From Phoronis australis (lineage: Eukaryota > Animalia > Phoronida), in NCBI GenBank assembly GCA_002633005.1, contig NMRA01000115.1, forward strand, positions 580,902-644,901: a stretch of DNA of 64,000 bases. Direction: 5' to 3'. The first letter of the stretch is position 1. Each line of letters starts with the position of its first letter. Both the position numbers and the translations under genes were made by a program. The notes beneath the pieces are model-generated. The model was given only the letters and a program-made list of their open reading frames with translations, made no database searches and was not told where the DNA came from. Positions 38,376 through 51,100 of this stretch are shown here, piece after piece.

Positions 38376-40885
38376 CTATTCATGATAAGTAGTCACGTGA
38401 CAAGAAGTCGCATGACAACGGTCCCCAAGGACAGAATTCATGTAATCGACAATCCCATGACCAGTGGTTATCTGGTCCGTGGTTGTCTGAATGCTTTTTC
38501 CCGGGGCAGGCTGGCTGAAAAGTTCCACATCTGTGCTGATGGCGGCAGAGCTGGTCTCAGGATTGGGAGGTCTACCATGCTTCCTCTGAGTATGTCGTCT
38601 CAGTCCACCACGGGAAATAAACCAATGACCGCATGTCAGACACTGGTACCGATGAATGCCTGTGTGGTTAGTCATGTGTCGTTTAAACTGATCCCGACTC
38701 TGTAAAATTCTTCCACACACCGAACAGTAAGCAGGAAACAATCCGTCTCTCGTTGCCTTGTGAACTGTTTTGTTGTGTTGAACGAAGAGTGCAACCGACA
38801 CAAAGCTAATGTTGGGACATAAGTGACACCGCAACAGTCTTTCTTTAGGTATGGCAATTACTGAATTTGGAGATGAAAATTTCAAAGCGGCGCTGTCGTC
38901 GGCAGTGGAGTGTTCACCCACAACAGTTGTTGACTTTTTCTTATTGTAAATGCTCTCAGGCATCAGCTTGTCAGCAGTGGAATTCACCTTCTCAGTTGTT
39001 GCAGTTGTATCCACTCCCTCACTGGCGGAACTCTCACCCACAGCCAGATCAGATTCCTTCCCTTCAGTTCTTGAACTCTTCTTCCTCCTAATATTCTCAA
39101 ATCTGTCAGCAGGAGGATCCATCTTTTCAACAGCGACACTTACCCCCACTGCGTCACTGACGGCGCCCTCGTCTAAAGCGAGTTCAAGCATAAACTCTCC
39201 AGTCCATGAGCTGCCCTTGATGTTAACGATGTCACACCAGTCAACAGCAGGAGACATCCTTCTAACAGTGTCAGTAACCCTTGCTGCCTCACTAACGGCA
39301 CCCTCACCCACGGTGAGGTCAGGATTACACTCTTCAGTCCTTGAGCTGTCCTTGCAGGCAACAATCTCACACATGTCTGCAGCAGGATCTATCCTTCCAA
39401 CAGTCTCAGTCACCCCTGCTGCCTCTCTGACGGCAAACTCGCCCACAGTGAGGTCAGGATAGCACTCCTCAGTCCTTGAGGTCTCCTTGCTGGTAACGAT
39501 CGCACACCTGTCACCAGCAGGATCCGTCCTTCCAACACCACCACTTAACCCCACTGCATCACTGGCACTGGCACAATTCTTATCCAAACCGGGGTCTGAT
39601 TTTTCAACTTTGACATACTTCACATTATCAACACACTTGTGTTTCAGTCCCGCCTTTCGTGTTGTGAACAACGCTAGACACAAAGGGCAGCGGTACTGTA
39701 CCTCTCTCCTCAGCTTTGTGGGCAAACCCTGCTGACAGATATATTTATGCTTCACCAGACTATTGCGCCACGGGAAACGCATATGACACACTTTACACGC
39801 GAATTTCCACAGTTCTTGTGGTTCATGCATCTGCCTGTGCAGCTTCAAGTAATAGTTCGTAGTAACAAATATGCCGCACTGGTCACAGCGGTACTGCTGC
39901 TGAGGCTCGTGCGCACGCATGTGCACGCTGAGGTAGCGCTAACTACAAAACTGCTGACCGCATCGCTTGCACGTGAAGAAGTCCTGCAAATTTGTGTGAG
40001 ACCACTCATGCTCCCACATCTGGAACTTTTCATGGTTACCACGTGACTGCTCATTATCGTACTGATAGTATCGGCCCTTCTTTGCCTGCTTATCTTCACA
40101 GATCACTTTAATGTCACCCCTTTTTTCACCACTCGCCCATTTGTTCTCATTCTTGTCTTTCTTACTTTCATTTCCTGAGCCACCTTCGCCTGTTAGCAAA
40201 CCATCAACTCCCGAACTACACCCCTCAGACTCCGTCTTCGAAGGGTTTTTGTCTTGACTGTCAGTGCTTGCCTGACAATTCGTCAACTTTGATGTGACCA
40301 TCTGTTTCGGCTCGCTGCTGTCATCAAAACCACACACTCTTTCCTCAGCAAGCGAATCAAACACAGGCAACGAATACGTTGGTGAGGACGCGATCGCCAA
40401 GTTTGCAAAGAGAGACACTGGTAGAGGCTTCGTTTTGGCGCATACAGTACTGGCAGACGTGTGTCCCTGTTTCATTGCCTCCTTGCGCTGCTTCTTCACA
40501 ACGGGCTCTAGCGAGAAACGCTGTTCGGGCTGTCTCACAGCAGCACCAGTGGTGTGGTGAATATGCGCATGATCCCATAAAGTCTTTGTGGAATCACATA
40601 ATTTGCTGCAACTGTCACAAGGACAGACCTCAACTGTGAGCTCTTGACTCAGTCTTGGCGTCACATAAGAATGATCACGCAGGGTGTTATCACTGGTGAT
40701 CAAACGTTCAACATCCACTAAACCCAACTCTGTCTCGTCAGGAGTTGCACCGCTACTCCTCATCACTCCCGCAGCTCCAGAGAGACTTCTCAGACTGCCT
40801 ATCACAAGCGGGAGACCATTCATACTAGCCGCGGGAGGGAATGTTGTCACAGACTGCTCTCGTTCACCACGCTGTTGAGCTATTC
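38376..40885 (-). pseudogene. C2H2 zinc-finger gene A, large exon with one in-frame TAG (nonsense allele, young pseudogene or recoded gene)
   Basis: ORFs 39939-40850 and 38376-39926 are the same frame, joined through CKRCGQQFCS*RYLSVHMRAH. About 8 recognisable C2H2/C2HC fingers. Acceptor TTTCAACAG at 40886-40894. Confidence 0.8.
38965..39565 (-). repeat. Coding minisatellite, about 4.4 x 135 bp (45 aa), inside zinc-finger gene A
   Basis: Units such as VREAAGVTETVGRIDPAADMCEIVACKDSSRTEECNPDLTVGEGA. GTGAGGTCAGGAT recurs at 39313 and 39448 (135 bp apart). Confidence 0.9.
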
Positions 40886-41425
40886 CTGTTGAAACAGGAG
40901 TGCACTTGCCAAGGTTCTTGGAGTCTTTAACCTGAAAAATATTGTTTTAGTACATAAAAACCTTTGAACGGATTGGAACATTTAACGTTCATAGGCCATT
41001 CTAGACAGAGAGGTGCTGAAATTACGTTACGATCCATTAGAATCATACCCCGTTCCGTGCAGCAAGAATCAAAAGCACCAGCCCATGATGGCATTATCAT
41101 GAACATTATTCCTTCTACTGATGGGGAACATGGCAATTATCACATCACCAATGGCACATTGGAGAGAACAAAAAACATCTGAGGATGCTATTAGCACTCG
41201 GCAATTACAATCGTAACTATAGACTTTCTTTATTTACAAACCGTTCTGTTGTGACACATATTGTCGTTCGGGTGACAATATACGCTGTAAACAGCATGCC
41301 CGTACCCGAGGGAGGGAGAGCGACGGGCGAGTACGTCCTCCCCCACCGCGATTTGGGGACCAGCTGCGCAAGTCGAATTTATGGCATATTAGACATAATA
41401 AACAATTCATGATTCTCGACAACAC

Positions 41426-41630
41426 CCCAACAGGCATTTCTACGTTAAATCAACGTTGAAAATAACGCCACACACCATGTTGCGACGACGTTGGATTTAA
41501 GTGAAAATGAAAGGTTTTTCAACGTGATGAAATCCGATGTCTATCCAACGTCAGTATCAGACGTCGCTATACAGCCGTTTCTCGAACGTTGAAAAGACTT
41601 CAGCTCGTCACGTTGCGGCGACGTTGGATT
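41426..41630. mobile_element. Partial MITE with CCC terminus and ACGT-rich subterminal repeats (EnSpm/CACTA-like)
   Basis: CCCAACAGGCA start followed by many CAACGT/ACGTTG/GACGTC motifs. No second end was found. Confidence 0.45.
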
Positions 41631-41889
41631 ACACACTTGATTGATAAAATCCTCTGCAATTTAATTTTTCCACACCCTTGGAAACACAGCGAAAATGCAA
41701 ACTTTTTTATTGTCTATATTTTCACAGTCAAATTTAAGATAAGAAAGTTTGTAATTTGGACTAAACTTTTTGTCTATCAGCTAGTGATTGGGGCTATTTG
41801 GAAAATCTTCAATAACTAGAGGGCGTGCGTGTACTAGTGGTGATAGATTAACAGCCTCGATTTCGCGAGCCCTTTAAATACATGTTGAA

Positions 41890-43930
41890 ATGGCTTGCAG
41901 CCGTGCCAACTGAATCTGAGATTGCGTAAAAAGGGTGCTTCTAAGAGACGAAGTAAGCACGACCTCATACAAAGGTAAGGTTTGTGATTATTTTTACGAT
42001 TATTCAATGATTATTCTACTGATGTCTGTTGACTGAGGCACTCGCCGATGTCGACTTCGCGGCAGTCAGTCGCCAGCCAGAGTCTGGTTAATCTTTGTAT
42101 GTTGTGATATGTGATACGATACTTGACGTAGTAATCGGGATCTTTTCGTACATCAAAGCATTATTATTGTTTGGAATGATTTCTAAAAGTTTATCAGTGG
42201 TTATCTCTTCCTGGTGACAGTTACATCAATCAATGCTGAATGTTTATGCTGTCAACTCGATACAGGTTAATGAAGATTACAATCCAATCCCAATGGCAAA
42301 GGGTACGTGAGTGATAAATATCCATTGCATTAGACTATTTGTTAACTTCCTATCATATGTCTTCTGGAAATCTATTACACGTTGAAATGGAAATCTATCA
42401 CGTCAGTTTTCACGTAACCTTTGGTTTTTAGGTTTGAAGGCTTGTACCGTGCAGAGGAGATATGCATCGCTTCTGCACCGTCCCTGAATGGACAAAAATT
42501 GGTTTTTAGCATTTGACTGCAGCTAACCAACAAGATCTTCCCATCCAGTGCAGATCTGTTGTCAAAGCCTACTTTCAATATTGGAGACAACGAACAAAGC
42601 CTTTGAAAAGGAACAGCTATTTTTAAAGTCATTTTGTTAAATTACTTATTCAGGTCCCGAGGGGGGATTGGCATGGGGGGTTGTAATATTTGGTACAACT
42701 GAATGTGTGGAAATAACAGGTAATACATGTTTGGGGAAAAGAGCATGGTGAGGTAATTCTTAACCTTCACGAAGTCCCTTCAAGTTGATTTCATGAAACT
42801 GTTTTGCTACTTGTATCAATTGTAAAACCACGAAAATATATTACATTTTCCGAATTCACAGTGACTGAATAGTCTTAACTCATGCCTTGAAATGTTGCAA
42901 GTCGTTATAAATTCAAATGACTGCCATTTTTGTGAAAATTGCATTTTTGATGGTGCCTTACGATTTGTAATTACTCTTAAACAACAGAAAGATTATCCAT
43001 CATTTTTAAATGACCCAAGTCTTCATATCTTCTATTAGAAGAAAAACGGTTCCCTCAACCTTAGGCTAGAAGTATGCTTGACAGACCCATGAACCTGTAA
43101 TCTGAGTTTAAAATTGCTGAAAGTATCAAAATTAAAAAGGCTTGAAAATGGGTAACAAAGGTTTGAAGTTGTCTCAAAAAACTTGTATATTTTACAGACA
43201 AGTGATGCGTTTAAAGAATTGTTATGGCTAGGGATAAAAAATAAAGACACAGTTTTATGCAATACTCATTATATACACCCTTGGTTTCTGAAAATAGTAA
43301 TTATTTACTTTTATGTGAAACTGTAGACCAATCACCATATATTTTTGAAAAACAGGGATAACATTTTTGATCCAATCTGGAGTACTTAATTATTCATATT
43401 TCAATATTTGTTCCAGGTTCAGTGACATTTTAAGGCCACTTCAAGCTGTATCATAGACAAGCTTTGTTACTCCGTTCTCTTCCCACAGCACTTCCACACA
43501 CCAGCAGTGCTGCATGGCACAATGTGCAAGTCAGTGGCCCTGGAGAAATGTGAATCGCAGTACTAAGTTACCATAAGACAATGTGCCAGTGGAGTGTCTG
43601 TGTATCCAGACGAACTATATCTGACTGCTACACAAATAAGCCTTGTTGGTGAGGATGCCCTTTCATAGGCAATGAGTCATGTGTGGACAATAGCTTATTT
43701 CCTTTCCTGGAAGAAACATGAGGGACTGAAGCTAAAGAAGACCTAGTCACACTCTGGTCTAGTTCAGAGTCTGATTTTGGGCTCAAAACGATTCAAGTGA
43801 TATGCTGCTGTGTTTACCTTCAAGGGTCTAATTGTGGATGTTATTGAGGCTGAATGAGGTTACATGAAAGAAAGCCACGTGTTGAAACTGGACCTTTTTT
43901 ACAAGCGCTTCTATAGGCCATTGAAACTAG
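41890..43930 (+). pseudogene. Spliced SAP-SWIM-YqaJ (lambda-exonuclease-like) gene relic
   Basis: SAP-like exon QLNLRLRKKGASKRRSKHDLIQR|GTAAGG (to 41974). Then VPEWTKIGF*HLT...VKAYFQY (~42480-42580), SWIM-like PAVLHGTMCKSVAL (~43500-43540), and YqaJ-like PD..., (K)CPF, LKLKKT, VQ and VFTFKGLIVDVI...KLDLFYKRFYRPL (~43600-43925). Many stops and frameshifts. Confidence 0.55.
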
Positions 43931-44229
43931 AACCCAGTGAAATGAAAGCCAAAAGCTGAGTGACATTAAATTTTCCTTTCAGAAGAAAGGCTTTATACTA
44001 TTGGTAAAAACTTTTCAATTTGGTACAGATTATGGGGAAATGACATTCAGTGACTGCATCGATTGTCTTATTGTATGTTTTCAATTGTAGCTAGCTGGAT
44101 AAGAATCTGCTATGCACAAGATTCGAGAATAAACAATTATCAGTGTATTTAAAAACAAATGGCAAACTGAAAAAGCACAGAAAGAAACAACATTGCGAGG
44201 GAGTCCATAATCAGGCATATCAGGTGCTG

Positions 44230-45180
44230 AATTTCTGAATTACGTTCAATTCTCTCAGGTTATTGCTGAAGGATTGCTTTTCACTTTGTCCAACGGTGAA
44301 ATAGATGGTCAGGCGGTTGGTTTCAGTTGTTTTTTCTTGCCTGTAACAGAATAGAAATATTAGCAAATTGTAAAAGAAAAGACAAGACAAAACTACTTTT
44401 GTAAGGCAGAACATACTTGACATTTCATCTTCATGTTTATGTGTAGAAACTAATAACCTTTGTACCCAAGTCTTATTTAATATCTGAATTAAAATATGTG
44501 AAACAGGCTAAAAGTGATTTAACAATGTGTATTTTTCATGACACTTAAAATGTGCTTCTGATCTCAACAAGTAAAATTCATTCTAGGTGTCAATTTTTTT
44601 CCAATGCAATGTTACGACATTTACTGAATTAAGGCTTATTCATGTTAATTCGATAACTGAGCTGGTGGTCCTGGGGGTGGGGTCCACGATAAAATAAGGA
44701 AACTCACTCATCTAGAGAATTTTATTGGAAACAGCATAGTTTTGAAGAGAAACTGCTGTGAAAAAGTCACTCTTGACTTCTGTGCATCACGTACCATACA
44801 CCTCTTATTTTGGGAGCACTCCCACCCAGGACAATATGAATATGTGCTGCTAGCCTACCCGGCATCGGGTGAGTTTCCAAAAAGAAACACTTAGTTCCAC
44901 TCAATAAAACTGTTATTCAGTGGGGTAACTGGTGGGGATAACATCACCGAACGATGTTGATAGAAACTGATTGCTAAAAACTTACCAAGTAATGTTGTGT
45001 AGTCTCCGAATGGAACTGCATAGTCATAGAGCACACACGGGGCTTCAGCATCCACACACTTTTTGTCAGTTAGTTGACCCTGGCGACCGCAATTGTCCAC
45101 GAATATAGTAACCTTAGGTCTTTTGGGAATTTGTGGCCACCTGTCGAAGACTTGCACCAGGGAAATTAGCAGTAATAAGG
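44230..45180 (-). pseudogene. Two-exon THAP domain relic (5' end of the transposase gene)
   Basis: Exon 1 reads YC*FPWCKSSTGGHKFPKDLRLLYSWTIAVARV...RVCS...DYTTLL/G|GTAAG. Exon 2, after TTACAG| (~44340), reads GKKKQLKPTA*PSISP, which is an AVPTIF-like box. Both splice sites are phase 1. Confidence 0.7.
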
Positions 45181-48100
45181 CTTAGCGCGACGACGTATTT
45201 TGATAAAAATTCCATCTTTTACCAGTTGTTTACATGCAGACAGCCACGCATGCGCAATTCAATCACCACTAGTACAGCAGCGACACCGCGAGGAGAATTC
45301 TCCGAATAGCCCCAATGCTGTTATTAACAACACCTTCTACATTTCAACGTGGCATGAACCTAGTATTTTACAAAAAGGAGAACTTAAAGCGTGGGAAATT
45401 TTTAAATAATGAATTAGAATACTAAGTTTATTTATTCACACAACAAGAAAGTAAATTGTTAGGTGAAAACACTCATCAAGTGTTCTCCTAACGCAATAGG
45501 TCCATTCACCATGAAGCTGGTGATTTTTAAGACATTGAATTCCTCGTGAAAAGTTAAGTTAGGATCATTTCATCCTAAGAAATACGACAGAAAACAATAA
45601 AAAATAAATACGTTAGGTAGCGCGGGACGCTCAACAGTGGGAAAATTAATATCTGCACCTGCCTCGAATTAGAAGCCATTGTCGTCTGTAGATGAACTAA
45701 AGCATTTGTGATCGACATGTGTACCAAGGACACGTGCATTAGTAGCTCGTTACAAGTAGACGGAATACAACCATTTGTTAAAACAGGTAATAAAACAGCC
45801 GGGGATGAGAATAAAACACAATATGTAAAAAAGAACATAAGTGGTAAGATGGACCCTAAAAATGAGTAACACAGAGGTACGAGAAGGTGCCAAAATCGAG
45901 ACGAGGTGGTGGGTGGGTAAAAGATTGACGTGTGTTTGGACACGCACGTCTGAGTAGCTGACACAAGGACAATGAACTGGAACACGTGCGGATAAAAACA
46001 AAAAAAATACCGACAGACACATAACAATCATCGGGCTGTGAGAGCCGTGAGCTTGCCAAACTCCTGGCACGTGATACCATACATTAAATAGAAGGCATGG
46101 AAACAAGCGTCATGTAGTCCTGCATAAAGGAATTATTGGACCGGCACGAATTGAGGAATAAGGGGGGTGCAAGATGGATTCATATGCTCACATAAGTATA
46201 TTCAACATTTGATGGTAGTCTTACTGAACAGCGAAAAATTAGATATTTTTGCAAAATTAATATTTTGTTCGCTAATGTAACCATTTTTTTCTTGACACGT
46301 TGTCAGATTATTAAATTAACGTAATTTTGGGGGACCTAAGTGTTTTCAAAATTGATTTTCACGTGGCTATCAGCGCCAAAGACTTGCCAGGTTTACACAA
46401 TTAGCAGAATCAACAAAGGACGAAATTCTGTTTAATCGTGTTTTCAGTTCACATTCTGTATTGAAAGAACTTACTGAAAATGAACCGATTATTACTCACC
46501 ATGGTTAATGCTGATTATTATGCGCTTGCTGCATTTGTTTCATAATGTCCGCTATGAATTATACAAACGAGTGAATTTGTTTCGTATATTTCAACACTTT
46601 TTGAGCTGCCAAAAAGGATTCAGCAATTCGAGAGCTCTACAAATTATTCAGATTTGAAAACCATTGATTGCTGGTCACTAAAATTTCTCCCTGGTTTTAG
46701 AAATCTGGAAATTAGAATGAGTTTGAGAATTTTGTCGCTTTGTGCGAACACGGCAGTAGTGTACCCATTCTTGCCATGATTAAGTGTTTGTCAATCATTT
46801 CGTCAGTTTCTGTCAACACACTAGTCGTGTACCCGTTCTTTCCCAATTTTTACACGAATCCTAAATCTTTTGTGTAAGATAGCCATAAAAGATAAAAAAA
46901 ATCCTGTGCCCATGAAATGACATAGGTTACGCAAAAAGCATACAAATGGAATACTGATTATACGTTGGACTTACATATAATTATCATGTTCTGGCTTGTT
47001 GCGAAGAAGTTGATATCTCAAGCCGAAAATTTGGTAATAGGCACTTATTGCTCTAACCATAGCAATTTTTCAGTGTAAAACACATTGCAAACCATATCAC
47101 TGACGAAAACGAGTCAAAATATGGTCAACTGTCAAAATCCATTGCATGCACCTACTTACCTAATAGAGGCTCTTACATCTATTAACTGTGAGTGTTGTTA
47201 TAATCCACGGTTACTCATTTGGTCTTGTAGAGCAAGGTAATACGAGATATTTCAACAAAAGAGATTGCCAGTAAAAGCCAGAGCGCAAGTTTGAAAAGTT
47301 TATTATGAACATAGGCGGTACGCCGTAGCGCTACAGAAACGGCAAAAATACCGTAGCAAATAGGTAATTCCCGTATTGATCGACGTGTATGAAAACCGGT
47401 TCTCAAAATGGGGGACCTGCGAGTAACTACATTACCAAAAATATCATCGGTCCATATGTGGGACTCGTACCAAAACCAATGAGGTGCATTTAGCGTGGTA
47501 ATAGTATAAACATCCAATTTTTATTTTCTGAGATACGTATGTAGAACATTGGGCATTACATTTAACATGTTGGACTTCAGTTAATTGCAGTAACTCATCC
47601 CAAGTTCAGCACACAATAAGCTAGACAAATAAAATATCATTCACTCAAATTCTCAGTGAACAAAATAAACGGCACCGAAATGATAACTGTGAAGCTATCT
47701 TACAACAATGTTTGTCAGTTTCCATAATTTGCAGCAAGGTAGGTAGCTTAAAAAGGATACATCTTCCAAAATACAAAGACAACTTCAACAATTGCGTTTG
47801 TGGGAAATGCGTGAAGAATAACTGTGTGTTGTTGTTTCTTGTTATTCAACAAAGAAAATTATAATTATTCTGAAAATCATTACGCAATACATGCAAACAG
47901 ATATAAAGGTCCTTAAATCACCCTTACGCCAAAGAAAAAACAGTCTCGCAGGAGTAATGAGTCGAGTTTAAAAGTTGGTTTCTTGAGGTTAGGCGACTTT
48001 GTATCATACATAACGTACATATGGCGCAGCAATGTAGTCCATGGAAAATCACACAATAATAGAACACATCAAACAAAAAGTTGGTTCTCAATTTGAAAGC

Positions 48101-48198
48101 GAACAACCTTCTCATTCAGTAAAACGACGGCCGGTTAAATAACATGTTAACATCCAAGTATGCACATGCCGATCCGTGAACACCATCACGTGATCCGC

Positions 48199-51100
48199 CT
48201 ACTTTAATTCCCGCAAGGTCTGTGTTAAAACGTCCGCGCATATTCCGTCGGAATTAATTGTCACTTCAAAGGAGACGCCCTCCAAGTTTCTATTTAACTC
48301 AGCGAGATTGCTGATTGCTGTTTTCTGCTCGTTATAGTGCACAGTGTTTTTATGGCGCTCCATCGACGACGCGTCCTCAAAGTCATTCCCACAGAATTCA
48401 CACACGCATGACTGCTTCTTCAAGTGAACATGTTGGTGGTCTTTAAGGTACGACTGTCTCGAGAATGCTTTACCGCAAGTAGAGCAAAGAAACGGTCGGT
48501 CGTCGGTGTGTGATAGCATGTGATATTTCAACATGTAATAGGTTCCCCTGACCATCATTCCGCAAATCTGGCACACAACGGGGCGATTCCTCTTGGTCTT
48601 GTTGGTCCAGTGAGCCCGCTTCACGTGATCGCTGAGGTCCGCGATTGTCGAATAGTAGACCTTGCAAAGCTTGCATTGAAATAAACCGTTAAGAATGCTC
48701 GTCCCCTCCGTCTCAACTGGCTTCTTTCTTTTCAGCCTTCTCCTTGGCGGTGGAGTGGTTGTACTATCCGTGGACTTGGTACACAGCCTACAAGCTGGTT
48801 TATGCTTCAGCCACTCATCCCTGTGCGTTGAAAACAAGTGGTTGCACTGCCCGTTTTGGCTGGTGAAACGCTCCTTGCAAAACTTGCACGTGTACTTAAA
48901 CTTACCCCATTCGCGTTTGGTAATCGTCAATCCAGCGTCCCGGTGACCTTTCAAGTGTTCATACCTCGCACGAGAATCCGTGAATGTTTCAGAACAACGC
49001 ATGCAAAACAACTGACGGCCGTCCGCAGACTCGAACTGTTTGGTAGGAGACTGCGGCTCACAATGCAGCATGTGCCGCTTCCCGTCGCTCTCATTTGCGA
49101 ATCGCCTACCACAGACACACTCGAATGACCACTCCTTTACGGGTTCAACTTGGCTTCCTTGCAAGTTTTGCTCCGAGTGACTTGCTGAAGATTCAGGCTC
49201 ACGCATCTCTGTACGATCGTTACGCTTCTCATAAGACCCAGGTGTACAGCGACGCTGTATTTTCATATGTTTAGCCAAGTGGCCAGATCTTACAAACCGT
49301 CTGCCACAGACAGTGCACTGGAAAGGCCATTGGTCTCTAGGTTTGTGCTGCAGCCCGTGTAAGTTCAGATAATATTTGGTTTGAAACCTGCGGCCGCAGG
49401 TGTCGCACTGATGCGGCAGATTGCCTGTGTGAAGGCGGTAATGAATTTCGAAGTTCCTTTTCCGGGTAAATCGCAAGCCGCACTGATCACAGCAGTACGG
49501 CTTCTCACCAGTGTGGACTGACTGGTGGTTGGCTAAGGACTGCCGACAGGGAAACCCGCGTCCGCAGATCTTACAGGGGAACCTCCTTCTCTGTTCGTGC
49601 CGATGCAGTACATGTTGCCACAGCAAACCAACATTCTCAAACGTCTGTCCACACTGCTTACACCTAAGGTCTCCCTGGTGCAGGACCATATGCACATTAA
49701 GCTGATAATCAAAACGGAATTTTTTGGGGCACTCTGAACAGGAGAACTTGAACGGCATATGTGTGCGCTCGTGAATTCTAAGAGAACCTATCAAATCAAA
49801 GGCCTTTGGACACTGACTACAGAAGAACCTTTTCCGTGACAACTTTTCCCTTGGGTGCTTCAATCTACGATGGCTCTCGGCATGCTTAATCTTCTCCTCA
49901 TGACTGTCAAATGTCTCTGTGCAATCAAGGAACGGGCATTGATAACGGGTCCCGGTGCTCTCCTCTTGCCGAAGATCGGCTGGTGTCGACACTTCTCGAG
50001 TGGTTCCTGAACAATCTGGTTCCGAAGACATTGCTGGTGATGGAGAGGATACTGAATGCGATGGCGGTTCCCTCAAGACCTCTGCTTCAGGTACGCCAGT
50101 ATTGGGTTGAACAATGGTATTCCGTTGATTTATTGCTGTGTTTAGCTTTTCTTGGGAAGCCTGAACTAAAGAAGCATCAGAACAAGCACTAGCAGAGTGT
50201 TGTTGAGCAAGAGGAGACGTAATCGATGGTCGCGGTTGAATCTTGCGAAACTTCCGTACTGGAGATTCATGATTTTTCTGCCCCTTTTTATCTGAGGTAG
50301 TTTGGTGCAATGAACTTTGCTTTTTGGTAATGTGTGTAGGCTGGATTGAAAGGAGTTGGCCAAGCTGTCTGTCAACAGCAGAAGTCTTTGAAGAGTGGAC
50401 GGAAGAAGACTGTGAAACAACTATCGTTTCTCTCAGCTTCCTAGTAGCCAAAACTTCATTGGGAACACGCATAACAAGTAATTGTGTAGGCTTAGAATCA
50501 GTAGACAACTTGGATTGTGGTCCTTTCGGAAATGTGCCTGATACCTTGGCAAATGAAGGTGTAGCTGCAGACGCAGATCTTTGGGGTGTAACATGTGTAG
50601 GGGCATGAAGTTGTACTTGCAAATTTTGAGTAGAAGAGGGTGCCGATTTAAGAATAACAGAGACAGGCTTTTGTTTTTCAGACAGATTGCTAGGAGATAC
50701 AATCTTTTCAAGTCGAACACTAGAGATAGGTTTCTTAATGGAAGGCACAGACCGCTGATTTGAAGACACTTCTTTTTCTTCTAGTAGGTCTTTACTTGGA
50801 GTTCTCTCAGGTGATGTGAAGGATGGTGATGAAGCAAGGGCAATACTGACTGGCACAGGTTGTGCAGATACCAGACCAAGAGATGAGTTCGTCACCGGTA
50901 AAATTCTAGCAGAAGTCTTCTTAAGGGACGCAGATGGTGGAGCAGACAGAATAGAAACAAACTTTGACTGACCAAAAGGTTTCTCCTTCACCAAAGGATT
51001 CACAGATTTCCTCCTCTTAGGAGGTGGGGAAGATGGAACCTTAGCAGGCATAACAGGAGCATGTTTAGCCAGCACAGACTGAGGACCAGATGGTGATTCC

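Larger units (their letters stand above)
41789..45314. mobile_element. Decayed, internally deleted ISL2EU-like (Harbinger-related) DNA transposon
   Basis: TIRs TGGGGCTATTTGGAAAAT / ATTCTCCGAATAGCCCCA, each flanked by AT. It contains convergent SAP-SWIM-YqaJ (+) and THAP (-) gene relics. Confidence 0.7.

Noticed and set aside
38950-39462. 170-aa antisense ORF
   Set aside because: Shadow frame of the 135-bp coding repeat in zinc-finger gene A.
39939-39941. Selenocysteine, pyrrolysine or alternative genetic code reading of the stop
   Set aside because: The codon is TAG, not TGA, and not at a Cys position. Pyrrolysine is not known in animals, and TAG terminates both zinc-finger ORFs normally.
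45575-46106. Hydrophobic minus-strand ORFs of 150 and 118 aa
   Set aside because: Explained by T-rich composition; no ATG context or motif.
46490-46780. Possible fourth THAP relic (YC...FRFLKP...TRL)
   Set aside because: Needs too many frameshifts and lacks key residues; not supportable by eye.
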